The translations under genes and the position numbers were made by a program. The notes under the pieces are model-generated. The model was given only the letters and a program-made list of their open reading frames with translations, searched no databases and had not been told where the DNA came from. Below are positions 36,503-44,105 of a DNA stretch of 64,000 nt, piece after piece. This stretch comes from Bryobacterales bacterium (GTDB lineage Bacteria; Acidobacteriota; Terriglobia; Bryobacterales; Bryobacteraceae), in assembly GCA_963836015.1 (NCBI GenBank), contig CAWIIF010000004.1, forward strand, positions 1,025,924-1,089,923. Reading direction: 5' to 3'. Numbering within the stretch: the first letter of the stretch is position 1; each line of letters begins with the position of its first letter.

Positions 36503-37918
36503 CTACGGATACGGGAACCAGGAGGGTTCGATGGCGGCTTCGGCGCCGCTCGCTTCGCGAATCCGCTCCACCAGTCTCTTGCGCAAGTCTGCGGCGATAG
36601 CGCGGTGCGTGGCGCGGCCCGCGAGATTGACGTGCTGCCAGGGATCCGCGTAGTTGTCGTACAAGGCATACTCCACATATCGCGCGGCCGACGGCGCGGC
36701 CTTCCATCCCGGCTCCTTGGGGGCCATTGCGGCATAGGTGTATTGCGGCGTGCGCAGGCCGCGGCCCGTGACGAACTCCGCCATCTCGAAATATGTCTCG
36801 TTGCGCCAGCCCCCGGTTTTGCGATCGAGCAGCGGCAGGAAGCTGTGCCCCTGCATGGAAGCCGGCACCGGGACTTCGGCCGCTGTGAGCAGCGACGGAG
36901 TGAGGTCCACCTGGCTGACCAGCTCAGGGACCTGGATGCCGCGGTTGAACCCGGGCCCTTCGATGATCAGCGGAATGTGGATCGAGCTATCGTGCGGGCT
37001 GCGCTTGTATTCCGCGTTGCGGGTCTTGAAATGGCAGGCGTGGTCGCTGATAAATGCCAGGATGGTGTTCTTCGCGAGGCCGGTTTCCGCGAGGGTCTTG
37101 CGGATGGAGCCGACGGTCTCATCCATCTTGGCGACGCAGGCGAAGTAGTCGGCCAACTGGCTCGGCCAGGAGCCGGGAAGGGGGCGCAGGTCGGGCGGGA
37201 TGAACGGATTCGAGTAGCGGCCTTTGTACTCCCTGGGCGGGTCGAAGGTGTCGGAATCATTCTGGTGGTGCACTTCGAGGTAAGAAAGCGTGAGCAGGAA
37301 GGGCTGCTTCACCGACTGCAGGAAGCGCTGCGCCCGCGCTGTCATGAAATCGGTGCGATACTGGCCCGACCAGTGGATGGGCTTGCCGTCGTTATCGTAG
37401 AGGTTGCCTTCGTAGGCGTGCGAGGTCCATTCGAGCTCATTGGAGGCTTCCCAGAGATCCAGAAATCCGCCGCGTTCGGAAGGCTTGACCGGGCCGTGCT
37501 GTTCTCGCGGGATGTTGGGATCGTTGGTCCCCAGGTGCCACTTGCCCATGTAGTTCGCCGAGTAGCCGGAAGCGCGCAGCGATTTCGCCAGCGTGTTGGC
37601 GTCTTCGGGCAGCTTGATGGCGTTGCGCCAGACGCCGTGGCGGCTGGGATACTGGCCGGTGAAGATGCTTCCGCGCGCGGGGGCGCACACCGGCTGGTTG
37701 CAGTAGGCCGAGCGGAACAGGACGCCGCCGGCGGCCATCCGGTCGAGGTTCGGCGTGAGGTTCATGGGGTTGAGCCCCAAAGCCCCGATGCAATCGCCGC
37801 GGAACTGGTCGGAGATGATGAGTACGATGTTCGGCCGGCCGGCCGACGTGTTGGTCTGCGAGAGGGCCGCGGGCGCCGCCGCCATGCCCGCCAGCCAGTT
37901 TCGCCGTGTGGTGTTCAT
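36503..37918 (-). CDS. Cys-type sulfatase (Tat-like signal)
   Basis: The start is trimmed to ATG 37918 (MNTTRRNWLAGMAAAPA). The sequence contains PNIVLIISDQFR and the CAPARGSIFTG (C-x-P-x-R) formylglycine motif. Confidence 0.88.
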   Translation of the reverse strand: MNTTRRNWLAGMAAAPAALSQTNTSAGRPNIVLIISDQFRGDCIGALGLNPMNLTPNLDRMAAGGVLFRSAYCNQPVCAPARGSIFTGQYPSRHGVWRNAIKLPEDANTLAKSLRASGYSANYMGKWHLGTNDPNIPREQHGPVKPSERGGFLDLWEASNELEWTSHAYEGNLYDNDGKPIHWSGQYRTDFMTARAQRFLQSVKQPFLLTLSYLEVHHQNDSDTFDPPREYKGRYSNPFIPPDLRPLPGSWPSQLADYFACVAKMDETVGSIRKTLAETGLAKNTILAFISDHACHFKTRNAEYKRSPHDSSIHIPLIIEGPGFNRGIQVPELVSQVDLTPSLLTAAEVPVPASMQGHSFLPLLDRKTGGWRNETYFEMAEFVTGRGLRTPQYTYAAMAPKEPGWKAAPSAARYVEYALYDNYADPWQHVNLAGRATHRAIAADLRKRLVERIREASGAEAAIEPSWFPYP

Positions 37919-37970
37919 TGGGTTCCCAAAGCTCACACCATATCGCAGATTGCGGCCATTGCGATAGCAT

Positions 37971-39335
37971 GTGCGCATGCTCTCCCGCAGGGAATTGTTG
38001 GGCGCGGCCGCCGCGACGGCCGCGGCGCAAACCACCCGGCCCGCCGGCAGGCCTCCGAATTTCGTGGTATTCCTGGCCGACGATCTCGGCTGTCACGACG
38101 TGGGAGCGTGGGGCGCGGCCGACCTCAAGACGCCCCATATCGATGCGCTTGCCGCGGGGGGAACGCGATTCACCAACTGGTACGCGGCGGCGCCGGTCTG
38201 CGCGCCTTCGCGCGGCGCGCTGCTGACGGGCCGCTATCCGCTGCGTAACGGCGTGGTGGATAACGGAACGCCGCTCCGTCCGTCCGAGCAGACCATCGCC
38301 GCACTGCTCCAGCCCGCCGGCTACGCCACCGCGGCGGTGGGGAAGTGGCACCTCGGCTCGACTCCCGACACCGTGCCGAACGCGCACGGGTTCGACCGTT
38401 ACTTCGGCTTTCACTCGGGGTGCTTCGACTACTACTCGCACCGCTTTTACTGGGGCGAGCCGCGCACCGTGAACTACCACGACCTGTGGCGCGACCGGAC
38501 CGAGGTCTTCGAGGACGGCCAATACTCCACCGAGCTGTTTGGGCGGGAGGCGGCCCGCTTCGTGCGCGAAAACCGCGAGAGGCCGTTCTTCCTTTACCTG
38601 GCGTTCAACGGTCCGCACTACCCGATGCACGCGCCGGCGAAATATAAGGAGCGCTTTTCGGGGCTCGAGCCGGAGCGCCAGACCTACGCCGCGATGATCG
38701 CGGCGGTGGACGACGCAGTCGGCGGCGTGGTGCGTACACTGCGTGAAGACCGCCTGCTGGACAACACAATGATCTTCTTCACCGGCGATAACGGCGCCAC
38801 GCGGGAGGCCCGCGCCGGGCTGAACCAGAAGCCCGCCACCGCCGGCAACAACGCTCCGTTCCGCGGCAACAAGTTCAGCGCCTTCGATGGCGGCATGCAC
38901 GTCCCGATGATCCAGCACTGGCCCGGCGTGATCCCGGCCGGGCGCGTGGTGAAGGAGGTCGGGAGCCACCTGGACATTCTGCCCACGATCTCGAAAGCCG
39001 CGGGAGTGTCGCTGCCGGCGGACCGCACGTATGACGGATTCGATGCCCTGCCGCTATCCAGGGAGGGCGCGAAATCGCGGCACGATGCGATCTTCTGGTC
39101 GCAGGGCGGGCAGACCGCGGTGCGGCGCGGCCCATGGAAGCTGGTGAAGAACGGGAAGACCTACGACGGCACGCCCGAAGGCAATAAGCCGCTGACCGGG
39201 GACGATGCGCTCTTCCTTTCGAACCTGGCGGACGACCCCGGAGAATCGAAGAACTTGCGGCACCAGGATGCCGCGCTCACCGACGAGTTGGACACGCTGA
39301 TCGACCGGTGGCTCGCGCGAGTGAAGGAGTTTTAG
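37971..39335 (+). CDS. Cys-type sulfatase (Tat-like signal)
   Basis: This 454-aa ORF starts MRMLSRRELLGAAAA and contains PNFVVFLADDLG, the CAPSRGALLTG motif and GKWHLG. Confidence 0.88.
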   Translation: MRMLSRRELLGAAAATAAAQTTRPAGRPPNFVVFLADDLGCHDVGAWGAADLKTPHIDALAAGGTRFTNWYAAAPVCAPSRGALLTGRYPLRNGVVDNGTPLRPSEQTIAALLQPAGYATAAVGKWHLGSTPDTVPNAHGFDRYFGFHSGCFDYYSHRFYWGEPRTVNYHDLWRDRTEVFEDGQYSTELFGREAARFVRENRERPFFLYLAFNGPHYPMHAPAKYKERFSGLEPERQTYAAMIAAVDDAVGGVVRTLREDRLLDNTMIFFTGDNGATREARAGLNQKPATAGNNAPFRGNKFSAFDGGMHVPMIQHWPGVIPAGRVVKEVGSHLDILPTISKAAGVSLPADRTYDGFDALPLSREGAKSRHDAIFWSQGGQTAVRRGPWKLVKNGKTYDGTPEGNKPLTGDDALFLSNLADDPGESKNLRHQDAALTDELDTLIDRWLARVKEF

Positions 39336-39353
39336 ATGAGTTCTGGCTATTTG

Positions 39354-39430
39354 GTGGGGCAGGCCTCCCGGCCTGCCCGGTGCGCGGTCCGCGCCCTAGG
39401 AAGAAGGGCAGGCCGGGAGGCCTGCCCCAC
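39354..39430. repeat. REP-like compound palindromic element, copy A
   Basis: GTGGGGCAGGCCTCCCGGCCTGCCC (39354-39378) and its exact reverse complement GGGCAGGCCGGGAGGCCTGCCCCAC (39406-39430) flank a 27-nt spacer. The spacer contains a third palindrome, GCGCGGtCCGCGC. Each 25-mer is itself a 9-bp hairpin (GGGCAGGCC/GGCCTGCCC). The element lies 19 nt after the sulfatase stop. Confidence 0.85.
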
Positions 39431-39454
39431 TGAAGGCCGAAAGTGAGTGCTGAT

Positions 39455-41545
39455 ATGCGATCTCTGTTCTTACTGATTGCCGCCACGTCTGTGCTGGCGG
39501 CGCAGGATACGAAGTATCCGCCGCAGGGCCAGCAGTTGCCTGGCCCGCCCTCGAAGGCCGACTCCGCGGAGTGGCTCAAGGAAGTTCAACACTGGCGGGA
39601 GGAGCGGCGCGTGCGCACCGGCCTGAGCGGCGCGGCATACGAGCGGCCCGAGTTGAAATGGGCCCAGAGCAGCTTCATGCAGCCGCAGTCGATGATCGAA
39701 GACCGCTATTTCTACGACCCCGTGGCGCGGCGCTACACCGTGGACCGCTTTCTCGACGATCTCGATAAGCGCTACGGCGGAATCGACAGCGTGCTGTTGT
39801 GGCCGGTCTATCCCAACATCGGGATCGACAACCGCAACCGCTACGACCTGCTGCGCGACATGCCGGGCGGCCTGGCGGGCCTCAAACAGATGGTGGCGGA
39901 TTTCCACCGCCGGGGCGTCCGCGTGCTGTTCCCGGAAATGCCCTGGGACATGGGCACGCGCGCCGAGCCGCAGAGCTTCCCCGAAACGCTCGCAGGACTG
40001 ATGAAAGCCGTCGGCGCCGATGGCGTGAACGGCGACACCTTCGGCGGCGTGCCGCAGCCCTATCGCGCGGCGTCGGATGCGGCCGGCCATCCGCTCGTGT
40101 TCGAGCCCGAGGGCTATCCCGATAGCGACGAGATGCTGAACTGGGACAACATGAGCTGGGGCTATTGGAAGTACCCGTTCGTCCCCATGATCAGCCGCGG
40201 CAAGTGGCTCGAGCCGCGCCATATGGTGAACGTTTGCGACCGCTGGAACAAGGACAAGACCGACAATCTGCAGGCGGCGTTTTTTAACGGCGCGGGCTAC
40301 GAGACGTGGGAGAACATCTGGGGCATCTGGAACGGCATCACCGAGCGCGACGCCGAGGCGATCCGCCGCGTGGCGAAGATCGAGCGGCGCTTCGCGGAGT
40401 TTCTGACCAGCCCGGATTGGGAGCCGCACACTCCGACCGTGCAGTACGGCGTGTTCGCCAGCAAGTGGCCGCGCGGCCCGCGCACGCTGTGGACGATCGT
40501 GAACCGCACGGCGTACAACATCGACGGCAAGCAACTGGAAGTTCCGGCGCAGCGCGGGATGCACTATTTCGACCTGTGGCACGGCGTCGAGTTGGAAGCA
40601 GGGCTCGCGTTTTCGATGGAGGCGCACGGCTTCGGCGCGGTGCTGGCGCAGCCGGAGCCGGCCGATGCGAGCCTCACGGCGTTTTTGAATGAGATGCGGG
40701 CGTTGAATGCCAGGCCGCTCTCCTCGTACCCGAAGGTGTGGCAGTTCCTGCCGCAGCAGATCGCGGCTATCGATCCGACTTCGCCCGCGTTCCAGGCGCC
40801 AGAGGGGATGATCAAGATTCCCGCGGCCGCCGAGTATGCTTTCAAGGTGCAGGGGATCGAGATCGAGGGCGACGACGATATCGGGGTGGATGTGCAGTAC
40901 CCGTGGGAAGACTCGCCGCGCCGGCACCACGCGCACACCATGGCGATCCCTGCGTTCTATATCGACAAGTACCCTGTGACCAACCGGCAGTTCGATGAAT
41001 TTCTGAAGGCCTCGCATTACCACCCGGCCGACGATCACAACTTCCTGAAGGACTGGAAGGACGGCAAATATCCCGGCGGCTGGGACAATCGCCCGGTGAC
41101 GTGGGTATCGCTCGAAGATGCGCGCGCCTACGCAAGATGGGCGGGCAAGCGGCTGCCGCACGAATGGGAGTGGCAGTATGCGGCGCAGGGCCTGGATGGC
41201 CGCATTTACCCCTGGGGCGAGCGCTGGTGCGACGAGTGCGTCCCGCCGCAGGATCACAGCCGCGATCTGAGCGGCCCGGCCGCGGTGGACGCATTCCCCA
41301 AAGGCGCCAGCCCCTTCGGGGTGATGGACCTGACCGGCAATATCTGGCAATGGACCGACGAGTTCCTGGACGAGCACACGCGCGCCGGGATCCTGCGCGG
41401 CGGCGGCTACTACCGGCCGGCGGGCTCGCGCTGGTATTTTCCGTCGGCGTACAAGTTGAACGAGCACGGAAAGTATCTGTTGATCGGGCCGTCGAAAGAC
41501 CGCTCCGGCACGTTGGGCTTCCGCTGCGTCAAGGACGCGAGCTAG
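39455..41545 (+). CDS. secreted two-domain protein: N-terminal glycosyl-hydrolase-like region plus C-terminal FGE/SUMF1-fold domain lacking the catalytic Cys pair
   Basis: ATG 39455 gives the signal MRSLFLLIAATSVLAAQ (the track start is GTG 39443). The C-terminus reads YIDKYPVTNRQFDEFL...VTWVSLEDARAYARWAGKRLPHEWEWQYAAQG...GNIWQWTDE...LRGGGYY, which is an FGE-sulfatase fold. Confidence 0.8.
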   Translation: MRSLFLLIAATSVLAAQDTKYPPQGQQLPGPPSKADSAEWLKEVQHWREERRVRTGLSGAAYERPELKWAQSSFMQPQSMIEDRYFYDPVARRYTVDRFLDDLDKRYGGIDSVLLWPVYPNIGIDNRNRYDLLRDMPGGLAGLKQMVADFHRRGVRVLFPEMPWDMGTRAEPQSFPETLAGLMKAVGADGVNGDTFGGVPQPYRAASDAAGHPLVFEPEGYPDSDEMLNWDNMSWGYWKYPFVPMISRGKWLEPRHMVNVCDRWNKDKTDNLQAAFFNGAGYETWENIWGIWNGITERDAEAIRRVAKIERRFAEFLTSPDWEPHTPTVQYGVFASKWPRGPRTLWTIVNRTAYNIDGKQLEVPAQRGMHYFDLWHGVELEAGLAFSMEAHGFGAVLAQPEPADASLTAFLNEMRALNARPLSSYPKVWQFLPQQIAAIDPTSPAFQAPEGMIKIPAAAEYAFKVQGIEIEGDDDIGVDVQYPWEDSPRRHHAHTMAIPAFYIDKYPVTNRQFDEFLKASHYHPADDHNFLKDWKDGKYPGGWDNRPVTWVSLEDARAYARWAGKRLPHEWEWQYAAQGLDGRIYPWGERWCDECVPPQDHSRDLSGPAAVDAFPKGASPFGVMDLTGNIWQWTDEFLDEHTRAGILRGGGYYRPAGSRWYFPSAYKLNEHGKYLLIGPSKDRSGTLGFRCVKDAS

Positions 41546-41608
41546 CGCGCAGCTCGTTCAGAAGGAAATTCGAAGTACGGTCACCGCCGCCAGCTTACAA
41601 TCAAAGCG

Positions 41609-42589
41609 ATGCGGCTGATCACGTTGGAAGAGCACTATCGTAGCGAGCGCGTGAACAAGGAGATCGGCGAGGCGGGCGATTATTTCCGCACGGCCAACTC
41701 CGCGGGCGAGCGGATAGCGGGGGACCGGCTGGCGAATCTGAGCGAGTTGGGCGAGCGGCGCCTGGCCGACATGAACAAGGCCGGCATCGACATCCAGGTG
41801 CTGTCGCACACGCATCCGTCGCCCGAAATTCTGCCGGCGGCGCGCGCGATTCCGCTGTGTCGCATCGTGAACGAGGAGCTCGGCGAGGCGGTCGCACGCT
41901 ACCCCAGGCGGTTCGCGGCGTTCGCCACGCTGCCGGTCGCGGACCCGCAGGCCGCGGCATCGGAGTTGGAGTGGGCCGTCGGAGCCGGGTTCAAGGGCGC
42001 ATTGATCAACGGCGTCACGCAGGGGCGATTCCTCGATGACCCGTTCTTTACACCGCTGCTGGAACGCGCGGAAGCGCTCGGCGTGCCGATCTATATTCAT
42101 CCCGCGCCGCCGCCGGAACCGGTGCGCCAGGCCTATTTCTCAGGGCTCGAACCGGGGTTGGCGCGCATGCTCTCGATCGCCGGATGGGGGTGGCACGCCG
42201 AAGTCGGGCTGCACACGATCCGCCTGATCGCCAATGGCGTCTTCGACCGGCATCCCAACCTGCAGATCATCATCGGGCATATGGGTGAGATGATTCCGTT
42301 CTTCCTGGCGCGCATCAACGCGGTGGTGACGCCGTTCGCCAACCTCCGGAAGGAGTTCGCGGCCTACTTCCACTCCAACATCCACATCACCACCAGCGGA
42401 ATTTTCACCCCGCCGCCCTTCAATCTGTGTCTCGAGGTGGTGGGCATCGACCGCCTCCTGTTCTCAGTGGACTATCCGTACGCCCCGAACGAAGCGGGCC
42501 GCGAGTTTCTCGAAAAGATCACGCTGGCTCCGGTGGATCGCGAAAAGTTCACGCACGGGAATGCGGAAAAGCTGCTGAAGATCGCGTGA
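41609..42589 (+). CDS. amidohydrolase-2 family (ACMSD-like metal-dependent hydrolase/decarboxylase)
   Basis: This 326-aa ORF contains MRLITLEEHY, IDIQVLSH, IYIHP, IIGHMGE and FSVDYPY motifs, typical of PF04909. Confidence 0.82.
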   Translation: MRLITLEEHYRSERVNKEIGEAGDYFRTANSAGERIAGDRLANLSELGERRLADMNKAGIDIQVLSHTHPSPEILPAARAIPLCRIVNEELGEAVARYPRRFAAFATLPVADPQAAASELEWAVGAGFKGALINGVTQGRFLDDPFFTPLLERAEALGVPIYIHPAPPPEPVRQAYFSGLEPGLARMLSIAGWGWHAEVGLHTIRLIANGVFDRHPNLQIIIGHMGEMIPFFLARINAVVTPFANLRKEFAAYFHSNIHITTSGIFTPPPFNLCLEVVGIDRLLFSVDYPYAPNEAGREFLEKITLAPVDREKFTHGNAEKLLKIA

Positions 42590-42789
42590 GGTGGCGTCGA
42601 TTCCCAGCGCTGGGTAGAGAAGCTCAGCTCACCAGGCATGATGGGAATGCGCAGGCGGAGTCAGATCGGCGGTGATACGGCCAATAGAATCGAACCCGTT
42701 CATCCGGCAGGCAATCTTGTCCGGCGCTTGCAGCCCCTCACGGCGGCGAGCTATGCTTCGGACAGGTCGTAACTGGTACCGCTGCGGCG

Positions 42790-43300
42790 GCGCGGAAGTC
42801 GCTTGAGTTTCGCGGGGACGGCGCGACCGGATGGTCGATGGCCCGGATGGTCAATCTCTGGGCGCGGTTCCTCGATGGCGACCACGCCTACAAGCTGCTG
42901 CGGAACCTGGTGCGGCCAGTCCCGGTGGTCTCGCCCAAGAAATTTGGGGATCGCCACGGTGGCCTCTACCCGAATCTGTTTGACACCCATCCGCCTTTCC
43001 AGATGGACGGGAACTTCGGCGTCACGGCGGGCATCGCGGAAATGTTCCTCCAGAGCCGCTTGTACGGTACGCCGACAGGAACGAGCGACGTGCATTCCGG
43101 CAGCCGGCTTTCTCTACCCCCTCCTGGCGCTGCCGAGAGTGTGGCCGGGCCGCGTGACCGGTCTGCGGGCGCGGCTGAGCAAACCGTCGACCATTCGCTA
43201 CACGGGAAAGGAGAAAAGGCTGGGTGCGACCGCCGGCGCGACATACGACTGGAATGCCGCGTTGGAGGCGCAAAACAACCGGCGGCAAGGAGTGAATTGA
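42790..43300 (+). pseudogene. decayed C-terminal remnant of a GH95-type alpha-L-fucosidase
   Basis: One frame reads [28 protein letters not shown]...[33 protein letters not shown], which recalls the GH95 signature NLWARL-DG and [22 protein letters not shown]. The continuation [18 protein letters not shown]...[19 protein letters not shown] lies in a different frame and has an internal gap. The ~650 N-terminal residues are absent. Confidence 0.6.
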
Positions 43301-43323
43301 GAACCAACCGTCACGACAACTTC

Positions 43324-44049
43324 ATGAACGGACCTCGCGACTTTGCCACCACGCACTGGAGTCTCGTGCTGGCGGCAAGACCCGACGAGGTGAGTGAGAC
43401 ACGCGCCCGAACGGCGCTTGAGGAGCTTTGCCGAGCTTACTGGTATCCCCTCTACGCCTTCGTGCGCTATCGCGGATATTCATCCGAAGACGCCGAGGAC
43501 CTCACCCAAGCGTTCCTTGCACGAATCATCGAACAAGGCGGATTCGCATCCGCGAACCCGGAGCGCGGCCGGTTTCGTTCTTATCTGCTGGGTGCGATGA
43601 AGCACTTTCTGGCGAACGAATGGCATCGGGCGCAAACGCAGAAGCGCGGCGGCGAGCTGCGGTTCATCGAGTGGGACATGCTCGATCCGGAGGCACGATA
43701 TGCCGGCGCAGCGAAGCCGTCGGAGGACCTGGAACTTCTCTTCGACCGCGATTGGGCGCTGGAGACAGTGGAAGGGGCCCTGCAGATCCTCCGCGACGAA
43801 ATGGCGAAAGCCGGCAAAGTCGAACAGTTCGACGTATTGAAGGGCAGTCTTACCGGAGAAGAGACCCTGCCCCGCGAGGAGATTGCCGCGCGGCTGGAAA
43901 TGAGTGAGGGCGCCGTCAAGGTTGCCGTGCACCGGCTTCGGCAGCGTTATCGTAACCTGCTGCGCAATGCTGTCGCCGCGACAGTAGGCAATGCGGCCGA
44001 CCTCGAAGATGAAATGCGCTACCTGGCCAATGTTTTAAGGAGGCTGTAA
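43324..44049 (+). CDS. ECF-type RNA polymerase sigma factor of the Ser/Thr-kinase-associated kind (ECF43-like)
   Basis: The start is ATG 43324 inside track ORF 42838..44049. The sequence reads [18 protein letters not shown]...[26 protein letters not shown] (sigma-2) and [24 protein letters not shown] (sigma-4 HTH). Confidence 0.88.
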   Translation: MNGPRDFATTHWSLVLAARPDEVSETRARTALEELCRAYWYPLYAFVRYRGYSSEDAEDLTQAFLARIIEQGGFASANPERGRFRSYLLGAMKHFLANEWHRAQTQKRGGELRFIEWDMLDPEARYAGAAKPSEDLELLFDRDWALETVEGALQILRDEMAKAGKVEQFDVLKGSLTGEETLPREEIAARLEMSEGAVKVAVHRLRQRYRNLLRNAVAATVGNAADLEDEMRYLANVLRRL

Positions 44050-44105
44050 CCTCCCGGCCGGTTCCCTTCAGGAAGATGTGAAGGAACCAACCAGGAGATG
44101 GACAT

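Noticed and set aside
34791-38969. Long ORFs 34791..36425 (+), 36386..38248 (+) and 37437..38969 (-)
   Set aside because: Each is antisense to a well-supported gene (the Gfo oxidoreductase, sulfatase 1 and sulfatase 2 respectively). They are shadow frames.
39470-41467. 665-aa minus-strand ORF
   Set aside because: It is antisense to the signal-peptide FGE-fold protein, and it is an Arg-rich shadow frame.
42629-42703. 24-codon minus-strand ORF ([24 protein letters not shown]) in the spacer before the GH95 remnant
   Set aside because: It is too short, has no Shine-Dalgarno and matches no family. It could be another gene fragment left by the rearrangement, but nothing in the sequence supports calling it.
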